Assembly: GCF_009834535.1 (NCBI RefSeq)
Contig: NC_045696.1
Span: 74,154,001-74,218,000, forward strand
Length of the DNA stretch: 64,000 bases
Direction: 5' to 3'
Source of the DNA: Camelus ferus
Taxonomy: Eukaryota
This document shows, piece by piece, positions 51,120-63,515 of the stretch; positions within the stretch are counted from its first letter, which is position 1; each line of letters begins with the position of its first letter. The notes under the pieces are model-generated. The model made no database searches and had not been told where the DNA came from. It was given only the letters and a program-made list of their open reading frames with translations. The position numbers were made by a program, and so were the translations under genes.

Positions 51120-51760
51120 CATTTACAATACTGTAGAACCATGGGATGTTCCAGCAGGAAAGTTCCTTTGAGATAATCTTACTCAGAGGTTTTCAGACTT
51201 TTCTGTCCGTAGCTTTAAAACATTTTCTTTTAAAAGAACCCTGCAGAAAAGTCTGACACAGAAGCCAGCTGAAAGTAGGACTGTTGTGTCTCCCCATGCC
51301 CTATCCCTTTGGAGCCCCTGAGAGATCGCAATGAAAAATGTTAAGGCTCCAATGAGCAAAGTTTTAAAACCACTGGTCTAATCTAAATTTTCACTTTAAA
51401 GATGTTAAAGTGTAAGGAGTGATGTCAAGTATCTAAGCTCACCCAGGTAGAGAATAACAAAACTGAGACTTGAAGACAAATCTGTTGATCCTGGTCTGAT
51501 ATTTCCTTCTGCAGCATGTGCACAGAAAGAAAATAGTTCCATTACATATACACTGGTCACTAATGATAATAATAAAACTGCATAGTCACACAGTACTTTA
51601 AAAAGCGCTCTCACTTATATCTCATTTGGCTCCCCTGGTATCTTCATTTTCAAATTAGGACACTGAGGCTCAGAGAGAAGTAACTTGCCCAAGGTTACAG
51701 AGCTGGTATCTTAAGTCAAGACTCAAGCACCAATTTACCTATACTTAGGCTAATGTACCA
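51120..51760 (-). mobile_element. MIR fragments with a nested hAT-Charlie-like MITE (~51184-51375)
   Basis: MITE ends cagaggttttcagact / agttttaaaaccactg; MIR cactgaggctcagagagaagtaacttgcccaaggttacag. Confidence 0.6.
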
Positions 51761-51769
51761 TGCACTCTC

Positions 51770-52500
51770 TGCACCCACAGAAATTTAGGGCTCACAGACT
51801 TCTGCAAACCTCCAGACTCCTGTGTCCTATCACTCATGGATTATTTTCATCTCCATCTTCAATGCCCCACAGGTATCCCCAACTTGTCACATCCAGAGTT
51901 AAACTAATACCTCTGCTATCCTCTCAAATACATGTAAGTGGATTCTGGGCATCTGTATTTTTTAAAAATCTTCCCCAGGCAGTACCAATGTGCAGCTGGG
52001 ATGGTGAGCCACTGTCCTAGAGAGTAGAACCCCAGCTCCTTAGCACAGCCCACAAAGCCTCTATAATAATTCCAATTCAATCTGCTTCTCTGCTACTCTG
52101 TGCCTGAAACTTTGTACTCCAGGATCGTAATATCTGCCATTTATTGAACTTGATACATTCTTTCACCCTTTTGTACAGTATGCTCCTTCCTCTCTTTCCA
52201 TATACCTAACAAATTCTTATTCATCCTATAAGACCCTGTTAAAGCAGTGTCTCTTGGGTGAAGATTTCGCTGACCTCTCCATGTAAAGTTCATGGCCCAT
52301 TCTTTTGGTGCCATTTTACCATGCGTATTATTCTGTTGTTGCATTTATAATGGTGAATTACTTAAACAATTGTCTCTCTTTTGGACTGTTAGCAGAGCTA
52401 TGTCTTGTTCATATTTTTTGCATAATAGGGATGGAGTTTTTTTGTCTATGCCACCATTTCTTATCCCCTCCACCCCTTGACTCAGTACAAATGTTCCTGA
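51770..52500 (+). mobile_element. L2 fragments with a MER5A piece (~51940-52015)
   Basis: atgccccacaggtatccccaacttg; MER5 catctgtatttttt...ccccaggc...tgtgcagctggga...agccactg. Confidence 0.65.
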
Positions 52501-54030
52501 TTTTGTAGAACCATTCTTTCTCCTATAGATGCAGGAACTATGAACATGGTTCACAGCCACTTGCTGCATATCATCTGTAACAGTATTGCAGGGATTGCTT
52601 TTGCAGGCAGCAAAAAGCAAATAAAATCATCAGTCCAGAGACCAGTGACCACAGCCTGAATCACTGTTAGTTGACCAATTAAATAACAGAGTTGTGCATC
52701 TGTTGTATGCCTGGCACTGTGCTAGGCATCCCAGCATTATAGCAGCAGGTAGTTTCTGCCTGAAGTTGCTAACTCTTTAGTTTGTTACCTTGAATCATAT
52801 GAAGGACTGAAGGTATATCAAGCATATTTTGCAGCTTAACTGATGAGTAAACAGGGCAGGTAACATTTACCCCAAAAACCTTAAAATAAGAAGAATAAGC
52901 AACACATTATATGATTTGTTTATAGGGGTCTTCTCCAACCTTCTAGTGGACCTACAGTTCCTCCACTAAAGTCTCATCTTGTTAATATGAGGGTTTTATC
53001 CCTGTTAAAATGCAAATGACTTCAGAAAGGAAAACATTAAGTTGTTTTTAATTAATTATGTCTCCTTGTAAATAAAATACATAGGACTAGGTTTTGAAGA
53101 AGACAGAAAATGAGAGCAAGAGGGAGTGTAGGAAAGAGGCTTTGGCAAGTGGTATAAAGTTGAAAAACTGAATGCTAAGAAAATGAGTGATTCCACAGGG
53201 CTTAGTCAAATCAGTTATGAATTATGGTTTTGGATGAGCAAAATTAAGCTGGATTGTTATATAAGAATAGAACACTAAAATTTAGCTATTTCAAATAATT
53301 TTCAGAAATTTCTGTATTAAAACAAAAAGTAAGTATGTACTAGAGTGAACAAATCAAAAGGTTATGGATGATAAAGCCACTATGCTGGAGATAAGCAAAA
53401 TATCCAGTGATACAGATGGTTCAGTAAATTATGTATTTGCATTACAAGTAATGTTCTAGAACATATATAATTTAAGAGATTATAGAATAGGGAACATATC
53501 CAGGTAAAGTGAAAATGAAGTAAAAAAATTTATGTTATAATGTAACATATATGATCCTGTATTTGCGAAAAATGTGTATACCTACACACATATACACAGA
53601 GAAAAGGACCTAACCCTGATGTTCACAGTGCCTGTCTTTGCAGGGGGAAAGAAGACTGAATATTCTTTTTAAGGAAATCAAAAATTTAGCTTATCTATGT
53701 TCTTTTATTTTGTTTTGAATTGCAATTTTAAAATTATTACAAACTTTCTAAATGAAGTCTAGTACGAGTTATAAAATTCTAATGCATTCTCAGATCACAC
53801 TGGATTATTAATTATAAGGGAATATGGGGGTGAACACGTGCAGATGAGTACATGACTAAGAGCCCCAGTGAGGATTCTGTAAAGCAGAGAAGTGCCAGAG
53901 TTGCCAGAGGATCATTATATGCAAGATTCTACTTAGATTACAGAAGCAAACAAATAAACCCAGAGTATCCACATAATTTAAAAATGTTTAAAGTCAAGTA
54001 AGATTTGCAAGATGAAGAATGTCATTCATC

Positions 54031-54173
54031 GGGGGGGAGGGTGTAGCTCAAGTGCTAGAGCGCACGCTTAGCATGCATGAGGTCCTGGGTTCAACCCCCA
54101 GTACCTCCTCTAAGAATAAATAAACAATAAACAAACCTAATTACCTCCCCCCACCAAAAAAAAAAAAAAAAAA
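54031..54173 (+). mobile_element. tRNA-Ala(AGC)-derived SINE, camelid Vic-1-like, with poly(A) and perfect 15-bp TSD
   Basis: ggggagggtgtagctcaagtgctagagcgcacgcttagcatgcatgaggtcctgggttcaacccccagtacctcc; A box ~54044, B box 54088-54097; A-tail 54156-54173; TSD aagaatgtcattcat at 54015-54029 and 54172-54186. Confidence 0.92.
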
Positions 54174-55203
54174 GAATGTCATTCATGGAAATAAACGCAT
54201 GTGATAATGATAGAAATTGAAGAATACCTGACCGTTGAAGGTTTTATTAAGAAATGGTGCCAAGAGCCAAAATGGATGACTTACCATTTTGAAGTAAGAA
54301 AGATTTCCCCATGTAAAATGAATCTTGCCGTCCTAGTCACAAACTGATAAAAGCCATAAAAACTAGCGGCAAAATTCAAAAAAGATAGCATGGGAACATG
54401 TATACATTATGACATTTACTTGTAATACAGTTCACTGTGTCCATCTGTACTTGTTTTATTTCTTCCTTGAACTCTGAGGATCAGATATTGGAAGTTTGTT
54501 CTACTTTCTCCAGTAATTAATTCAAGGAAACAGTGGATCAGAGATTAAAATCTCCTCACATAGTTCTTGGAGTCTCATTTCTTTACTAAGCTTACTGAAT
54601 GTCAATGGCATTATAAAACACGAAGGTCTAACTTTTCCAGTAACTTCTAAAATGCCTGCTGCAAGCAGAATCAAAATTAACAAAAGAAACAACTCAGAAA
54701 CAATACAAAGATCTCTGTGGTGTGTTAACACTAGGAGGAATTTAAATGCCACATGCAAATAGCAAATGACATTTACAAAGCACATACCCTGTCTAAGTCT
54801 TCTAGTGAGCTAATGCGATAATTACAGATTTTATACTTTCCAACAAAATCACCCTCCAGAATATAGCAGTAGGAAAATTTCAAATATAGGGTAAAAGCCA
54901 CAAAGTATTACTGAAACTATCACCCACTCAGATATAAAGTTCAGAGGGTTGATTCTGCTAATTACTGCCTGACTGATCCTTTCCTCCTTAAGAATGAATG
55001 TCAGGAGTTGGGTAACTGTCAAATAAATATTGATATCTAAATCTGTATCTCTATCTGAATCTTTATATCTGCATATCTATGTCATTTGGACTTCAGTCTG
55101 ACATATTGAGTAATTTTCTGCTGTGAAAAATTAGGAGTACAGCTCTGGGACATATCCAGTTTATACCTAAAGACCACTTTAGAAAGCAAGGCCATACTCC
55201 AAA

Positions 55204-55390
55204 ACAGTTCTATATAACAGAATATTCTGCAATAATGGAAATGTTCTATACCTGCACTGTCTACCACACTAGCCACTAGCCACATGTGGCTAGTGAGCAT
55301 TTAGTGTGATGGAAAAACTAATTTAATTTAATTATACTTTTATTTTAATTTAGTAGCCAAATTTGCCTATTCACTACTATACTGGGCAGC
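55204..55390. mobile_element. MER3 hAT-Charlie MITE
   Basis: ttctgcaataatggaaatgttctatacctgcactgtc...tagccactagccacatgtggctagtgagcattt. Confidence 0.85.
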
Positions 55391-56208
55391 TCTTAAATAA
55401 AGAACCTCATGAAATGACAGTGATGAAATGTGATCCAAGGAGAAAAGACTATTTGCTTACTAACTGCTTGCATATGAACAAGCGGGGGTTCTCTTCCCTT
55501 CTGCAGAATTAAGCCATCCACATGGTGACAGGGAAAATGGATAGAAGACAAACAAGCTATTTGAGATGTTTAGGATTGTTTCTTGAAGGTGGAAACTATA
55601 TGCATCTCTATATATGCAGTAAGTAGCACAGTGCCTAGAACAAAATAGTCAGTGTTTGATTTTAATATGTTTAATAGAGTGCTTCTATTCATTAAAATGG
55701 GGGACAAATCCAGGCAGCTGAATTCTGTAAATATAAAACATATAAAACAAACTATTGACTATGTTCTCCTGTCCATGATTTGCATTAGACTAAACTTTGA
55801 CTATACGTATATACCCTGTAAACATTAACATGTTGAAAATTAGACATTTAAAACTTTACTACTGTTAAAATACATAGAATGTCATCATAAAAATTTCTTC
55901 ACAGAGGTTTGATTTATTTTTTGTCTTGATTTTCTTCCATGCTTGTGTAAGAAATGGCTATAGAAAATTAATTTCCCTGTATTGTACAAAACTCTGAATA
56001 CATTATCTATTATTTTGTTTAATTTATGTTCTAGGTAAGCTTCCAAGTGCCTGTTTCCCCTATTAGCTTTCGGCTAGAAAAAAGTTTATCTCAACTGTCA
56101 TGCTCCATTTTTTAAGGAGAGCTATATATTTATTAGGAGGAATATGTACCACTTGGTCTTGGTAGCCAGAAAGCTCTGAGGAACAAAATAAAAGGTGCTA
56201 CTCATTGT

Positions 56209-56552
56209 TGTGAGAGAATTTCATGGTTTTCTTCCTGACTTGCAAGTGAGGCACTAATTACTCTTTGTCCTGGATTATCTTTTGAGGATTTTTTTTATAG
56301 CAAACAGCCTTGGAAGACAGAGATAATATTGCTCTCCAGAGAAAGTGCAGGCATGCGTATTACCCATTATAAAAGATTTGGTTTCTCTGAGCTCAGAATT
56401 CTCCTGCAGTGCAACTTGTTGTCTGTGCAGGTATCACTTAGCTCTCTTTTCACCACCCAATAGCAGCTGGAGCTCAGAGAATCAGCGCAGATGTGTAGAT
56501 ACTCTGTAAATACTCTGGCTACTGCCACTGATGTAAGTTATAGTACTTGTCT
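56209..56552 (+). mobile_element. ERVL-class LTR, 3'-truncated
   Basis: tagcaaacagccttggaagacagagata...tataaaagatttgg...ctgagctcag...atactctggctactgccactgatgtaagt; stops at the degenerate poly(A)-signal region. Confidence 0.6.
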
Positions 56553-56559
56553 TTACATT

Positions 56560-59500
56560 AGGCACTCCACCTGTTAGATCCTGCATAGGAAAGATGAATC
56601 CTCAAAACACCTGGCTTTGAAAATCAACAGGAAATATATCCAGGAAAACTACAGAACTGCAGGGAACAGAAAACTCATTCTTAAAGGGCTTGCACACAGG
56701 CTCACTCGACCCTAAAACCAGCACAGAAACACCAGATTGAAAAGCTTATGGACTGTAAATGAAACAGACCCACTTACTAACCCACGGAGAGGCAGGAACT
56801 AGTTGGTACACTCCCTGGGAGACTAAGACACTGGAGGGAGCAATTTTTGTGATCTCAGGCTATCTCTCTAATGCTGGTGCCGGCAAGCACCATTTCAGAA
56901 TTCTCCCTCTTACCTGTCAGCACCAATGGGCATGCCCTACTAAGAACGCCACTCACCCCTGCATCTGAGGCCATCCTCACAGCCAGTGGGGGTCAGTCTC
57001 ACCCACCAGTGCACTGCAGCAGCAGCCATGGCCCTGCCCCAATAGGAGGGTGCATAAAGTTCATATAGGGGACAGCCCTTGAGCACATGGCTCTGGTGGC
57101 CAGGTAGGATTGTACTTCTGAGCCTCACAGGACATCTCTGAATAAGGCCATTCCTTCAAGACTGGGAGAGGGAACTGATTGACCTAATACATGAAAACAA
57201 AAAGCCAGAATTGGGCAAAATGGGGAGGCAGAGGAATATGTTCCTATCAGAAGAATGAGACAAAACCTCAGAAAAAGAACTAAACTAAATGGAGATAAGC
57301 AATCTACCTGATATAGTCCAGTTATGGTCACAAAGATGCTCACGAAACTTAGAAGAAGAATGGATGAACACCATGAGAACTTCAAGAAAGAGGAACTACA
57401 ACAAAGTACCAAACGAAAGTTATAACTGAACTGAAAAATACATTAGAAAAGGTTCAACAATAGATTGGATGAGATAGAACCTCAAATCAATAAGCTGGAA
57501 GACAAAGCAATAGAACCCAGTCAGAGCAGCAAAGTTAAAAAAGAATTTTAAAAGTGAAAACACCTTCAGGGACCTTAGGGCAACATCAAGTGGAATAAGA
57601 ATTACATTATAAGGGTACTAGAAAGATAAGAGAAAGACAGAAAGCACCAAAAATTTGAAGAAATAGTGGCTGAAAACATCCCTAATCCAGGGAAAGAAGT
57701 AAACATCCAGGTCCAGGAAGCCAAGAGAGTTTCAAATAAGATAAACCCAAAGAGAAACACACCAAGACACATTACAATTAAGATGATAAAAGTTAAGGGT
57801 AAAGAGACAATTCTAAGAGCAGCAAAAAGAAAAACTTATTATGCACAAAAGAAACCTTATAAGGCTCTCAGCAGATTTAGCAGAAAATTTACAGTCCAGA
57901 AGAGAATGGCATGATATATTCAAAATGCTGAAAGGAAAAGAAAAACTTCCAACCAAGAATTCTCTACCCAGCAAGGTTATCATTTAGAATTGAAGGAGTA
58001 TTTAAGAGCTTCCCAGTAAGCAAAAACTAAAGGAACTCATCACCACTAAACTGGCCCTACAAAAAATGTTAAAGGGGCTTCTTTAAGTTGAAAAGAAGTG
58101 TTACTAATTAATAGTAAGAAAACATACAAAAGTAAAAATTCCACTGGGAAATGTAAATATATAGTTAAAGTAGTAGCTCTATCACTTATAAGCAAGCATG
58201 AAGGTTAAAAAACAAAAGTAGTAAAGTTAACCAAAATTACAATAATTAGTTAAGGGATTCATAAAATAAAATGATGCAAAATGTGCCATCAAAAGCATGA
58301 AGCATGATAAGGGAGGAGTAAAAAGATAAAACTTTCTAATGTGTTTAAGTTGCTACCAAATTGAAACAGACAGCTATTTGCATATGAAGAGGAAGGAAAC
58401 CTTCCAAACACATTTTATGAAGGCATAATTACTCTGATATCAAAACTAGACAAGGACACCACAGAAAAAGAAAATTACAGCTAATACCCTTGATGAACAT
58501 AGATGCAAAACTCCTCAACAAAATATTAGCAAACTGAATCCAACAATACATTGAAAGGATCTTATACCATGATCAAGTGAGTTTTATCCAGGGATGCAAA
58601 GCTGGTTCAACATCTGCAAATCAATCAACATGATACATCATATTAACAAAACAAAGAAGAAAAATCATACAATCATCTCAAAAGATGCAGAAACAGCATT
58701 TGACAAAATTCAACATCTATTTATGTTAAAAAGTCTCACCAAAGTGTACATTGATGGCATATACTTCAACATAATAAAGGGCATGTATGATACACAGCTA
58801 ACATCAAACTCAAGGGTGAAAAGATAAAAGCTTTTCCTCTAAGATCAGGAATAAGACAAAGATGCTCAGTCTTAACCATTTTTATTCGACATAGTATTGG
58901 AAGACCTAGTCACAGCAATTAGGCAAGAAAAAGAAGTAAAAGGCATCCAAAGTGGAAAGGAAGAAGTCAAACTCTCATATTTGCAGATGACATGATACTA
59001 TAGAAAACCCTAAAGGCTCCACCAAAATACTGTTAGAACTAATAAATGAATTCAGTAAACAGTAAGCAGGATACAAAATTGATATACAGAAATCTGTGGC
59101 TTTTCTATACACTGATAATGAACTATCAGAAAGAGAAATTAAGAAAACAATCCCATTTACAATTGCATCAAAAAAAAAAAAAACCTGAGAATAGATTTAA
59201 CCAAGGAGGCGAAAGACCTGTACTCTGAAAACTACAAGACACTGATGAAAGAAACTGAAGAAAGCACAAATAGAGTGATATTCCATGCTCATAGACTGAA
59301 AGAATTAATATTGTTAAAATGACCATGCTATGCAAAGCAATCTGCAGATTCAAAGCAATTCCTATCAAAATTTAAATGGCATATTTCACAGAACAAGAAC
59401 AAATCATTCTAAAATTTGTATGGAACCACATAAGATCTCAAATATCCAAAATAATCTTAAAAAAAGAACAAAGCTGGAGATAGGCGACAATGCTCCCTAA

Positions 59501-60815
59501 TTTCAAACTATTCTACAAAACTACAGTAATCAGAAATAACATGGTACTGGCACAAATATAGACACATAGATCAGCAGAACAGACTAGAGAGCCCAGAAAT
59601 AAACCCACACATATATGGGCAATTAATCTATGATGAAGGAGCATAGAACACACAGTGGAGAAAGGACAGTCACTTCAATAAATGGTGTTGGGAAAACTGG
59701 ACAGCCACAAGCAAAAGAATGAAACTAGACCACTATCTCACACCATACACAAAAATTAACTCAAAATAAATTGAAGACTTGAAGATAAAACTTAAAACCA
59801 TAAAATCCCTAGGAGAAGACATAGGCAGTAACCTCACTGACATCAGTCTTAGAAATGTTTCTCTGGATCTGACTCCAAAGTGAAACAAAAGCAAAAATAA
59901 ACAAATGGGACTACATGAAACTAAAAAGCTTCTGCACAGTGAAGGAAAACATCATCAAAATGAATAGGAAACCTACTGAATGGGAGAAGATATTTTCAAA
60001 TCATATATCTGATAAAGGGTTAATATCCAAAATATACAAAGAACTCATACAACTCAACAACAACCAAAAAAAAAAAAAAAACTAATTAAAAAATGTACAG
60101 AGGTCCTAAATAGACATTTTTTCCAAAGAAGGCATATAGGTGGCCGACAGGCACGTTAAAAGATGTTCAACTTCACTAATTATTTGGGAAATATAAATCA
60201 AACCACAATGAGATATCACCTCACACCTGTTAGAATGACTATCATTGAAAAGACAAAAACAACAACAGCTGACAAGGATGTGGAGGAAAGGAACCCTCAT
60301 ACATTGTTGATAGGACTGTAAATTGGTACAGACACTATGGAAAATAGTATGGAGATTCCTCCCAAAATTAAGAATAGAATTACCAACCATTTCACTTCTG
60401 GGCATTTATCTGAAGAACATGAAAACACTAATTTGAAAAGATATATGTACCCCTATGTTCACTGCAGCATTATTTACAATATCCAAGATATGGAAACAAT
60501 GTAAGTGTCCATCAATTGATGAATGGAAAAATAAGATGTAGTAGATATACACAATGGAATTCTACTTAGCCATTAAAAGAATGAAATTCTGCCATTTGTG
60601 ACAACATGGATGATCTTAAAAAACAGAACAAACAAAATAAAATAAAAAACAAATTCAGATTAGTGGTCACCTAAAGGGAAGGGATTGAGGGGTGGATGAG
60701 ATGCATGAATGGGGTCAACTGTATGGCAGTGGATGATAACTGGACTTGTACTGGTGATCACTATGTAGTGTATACAGATGTCAAATTATAATGCTGTACA
60801 CCTGAAACTTACATA
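56560..60815 (+). mobile_element. Decayed L1 (~4.25 kb): partial 5'UTR, ORF1, inter-ORF, ORF2 lacking the endonuclease, 3'UTR
   Basis: ORF1 remnant AENIPNPGKEVNIQVQEAKRVSNKINPKRNTPRHITIKM (57666). [21 protein letters not shown] (58594) and FADDMI at 58980. C-terminal domain ~60200-60350. Many frameshifts. Confidence 0.95.
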
Positions 60816-60821
60816 TTTTTT

Positions 60822-61640
60822 AAAAATGGACAAAGGAATAGGCATTTCTCCAAAGAATATATACAAATGACCAACAATGACCAATAAGCACATGAAAAGA
60901 TACCCGACATCACTAATCATTAGGGAAATACAAATCAAAACTATAAAGCGTTATCAACTCACATCTATTAAAATAGTTACTGTTTTTTAAAAAACAGAAA
61001 ATAACAAGTGCTGACAAAGATGTAGAGAAATTTAAGCCCTGGGGCACTGTTGATGAGAGTATAAAATGGTGCATTCCCTATGGAAAACAGTATGGCAATT
61101 CCTCAAATAATTAAAAATAGGATTACCATATGATCCATTAATTCCACTTCTTGGTATTTACCCCAAAGAATTGAAAGTAGGGTCTCAATGAGATATTTGT
61201 ACATCCACATTTATAGCAATACTATTTGCCATATCTAAAAGGTGGAAGCAACTCAAGTGTCCATTGATGGATGAATGGATAAACAAAATATGGTGTATAC
61301 ATACAATGAAATATTCTTAAAAAGAAAGGAAATTCTGACACACGCTACAACAGGGATGAGCCTTGAGGACAATGTGCCAAATGAAATAAGCCAATCACAA
61401 AAAGACAAATACCATGTGATTCTACTTATATGAGGTCCCTGGAGTTCTCAAAATCATAGAGACAGAAAGTGGAATGGTGGTTGTCAGCAACTGTATAGAG
61501 TTTAGTTTTGCAAGTTAAAAGGAGTTCTGGAAATTGGGGCTATTCTACAATGTGAACATACTGAATACTGCTGAACTGTGTAGTTTATAAACAGGTAAGA
61601 TGGTAAATTTTATGTGTATTGGACTAAAAATTTTTTTAAA
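60822..61640 (+). mobile_element. Second L1 (L1MB-like) 3' fragment
   Basis: aaaatggacaaagg...catttctccaaaga...atcactaatcattagggaaatacaaatcaaaac...gaaataagccaatcacaaaaagacaaatac...gatggtaaattttatgt. Confidence 0.9.
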
Positions 61641-62004
61641 AACACAAGGCAGGGAAGAATAGAACTTGCTTGGTCAGGTTATCAAAGTGGGGTGCAGGTC
61701 AGGAATTTATAACCCTGAGTCCCAGAGCTATTCCCATTTAAGTCTAGGCTCCTCTAGCCCCACATAATCACTGTGGGCTTAGGGAGGAAACTGGATTTTC
61801 CTCCTATGCAAAATTTTTAGTCTGAGTCAATTAGATACAATTTGAAAGTGTCGTAAACATTTTCAGACGAGTAGTGTCTCAAAAAATGAAGTACTTACTC
61901 TTACCCACCCTTTTTACTTCAAAAATGGTTTTTAGTTACACAAATAATATATAAACTCATCCCTCTGTAAAACATTAAAACATTACAGGTTAGGTCAAAG
62001 ACGT

Positions 62005-62512
62005 TTGGTGACTGAGGCAAAAGACCTCAAGTGCCTACCCCAACATCCATCCTCCCTTTTTGACTTAGTAATAAAATCCCTCACTTGAACTGGAGACATG
62101 GCCAGGTAAAATGACAACAACATTTTTCAGCCTTCCTTGCAAGTAGAATCCACCACCTGACTAAATTCAGGTTAACAGGATATAGATGAAAATGTTATAT
62201 GACGGCATCTGAGAAATTGCCTTAAAAGATGGTTGGCAAGTGTATTATGTTCCTTTTTTTTTTTTCTTTCTATTCCTCCATCCTACTCCCTAGACCTCAG
62301 AAGTGATGACTGGCCCTCTAGCAGTTGTATTGGGCTGTGAGAATGAAGGCCACACACTAAGGATAGCAGAGAACTCTGGAAGGAACCCATCCCCTTATCT
62401 TCATGGACTCTTCTCACTTGTACTGTCTATCTCTGGACTTCCCTTATATGAGAGAACAAGACACTATTAAGTTGACTTTTTGGTCACATAATGCTGAAAC
62501 TAACCCTGATAG
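62005..62512 (+). mobile_element. MaLR solo LTR (MLT1-type) inserted in an antisense L1ME 3' end (~61915-62770)
   Basis: cattttTcagccttccttgcaagtag...aggccacacactaaggatagcagag...ctctggactt...tatgagagaa...ctgaaactaaccctgatagact. Confidence 0.7.
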
Positions 62513-63414
62513 ACTATTATCACTATTTGGATTCCCCTCTTTGACTTTTCCTACTCTCATCTCAAAGGAATACTATCATCAGTTTGGTGCATAACTTTCC
62601 ATACTTGTCCCATGGATTGATGTGCACCCACAGAAAAATACATAGGATTTCTTTTGGGGATTTTATGATTTCATTTTTTTTTCCTTACCAAAATGCCATC
62701 ACAGTTTATATACTGTACATACTGTTCTGCTACTCAGTTTACTTAGTCTCATGTTTAGTACATTCTGAAGCATATGCTTTCAGATGTAAGACATGACATG
62801 CAGCCTGAATTCAGCTCAGAATGTTCCTTCAGGGATGACTGCCTTCGTACATGAGTGTTAAAATAATTTTTAAAAATAATAACAACAACAACAACCACAA
62901 CCATCTTACCAGCAAATGTCTGGAGAACATGATATGGCTTCTACTGGTAGAAGTGACTTTAGAAAAGTGGTCCTGTTAATACTTTAGCCTAGATTTGCCA
63001 AGTCATTTAAGATATTAGCTTAAGGGGGAAAGTCTGAATTGCGCCATATAAATGGAAATCAGGTTGGAAATAAAGTCTCCCATAGGGATGGGCCTTCTAT
63101 CCTAGAGGTTTAAGTTGGGAGTTTGCTGCTTTGAAGCAGTTACTTAAATTTTAGACTTCTGTGTCAGTGTGGTGCTTCATAGGAGAGAAGAGCAGCAAAT
63201 CTGCTGTGACAGGCACAAGTTTCTTGTGAGCCCTAAAAGGGGCATGTCCTCCTAGAGTTATTACAGTGGAAGCATTTCTCCCAACAAACTGATGTATTGC
63301 ATTTGATACGTAATTTTCAGATCATTATGTGGAAATAGCTAATGAAGCTTTTTTGTGACAGATTAAAGCTAACCCTCTTGATATTTTTGTTTCCCACAAA
63401 ATTTCATTGGAATT

Positions 63415-63515
63415 TCTGCAGAGTTCCAGAATCACAGGAACTCAGCACTAGGCTGCTACAGGGCTTGGCGCATTTAAGGTACTTAGTAAATGCTTTTTGA
63501 ATGAATGAATGATTG
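63415..63515 (+). mobile_element. L2 3' tail
   Basis: cttggcgcatttaaggtacttagtaaatgctttttgaatgaatgaatga. Confidence 0.7.

Noticed and set aside
54031..54107. tRNA-Ala(AGC) gene
   Set aside because: Has an AT-rich extension, poly(A) tail and TSD and an imperfect cloverleaf, so it is a SINE rather than a tRNA gene.
13753..54760. Scattered octamer ATGCAAAT sites (e.g. 13753, ~53010, ~54753)
   Set aside because: Several are expected by chance in 64 kb of AT-rich DNA.
57666..60405. Active L1 ORF1/ORF2
   Set aside because: Multiple stops and frameshifts, endonuclease deleted, 5' end and poly(A) missing.
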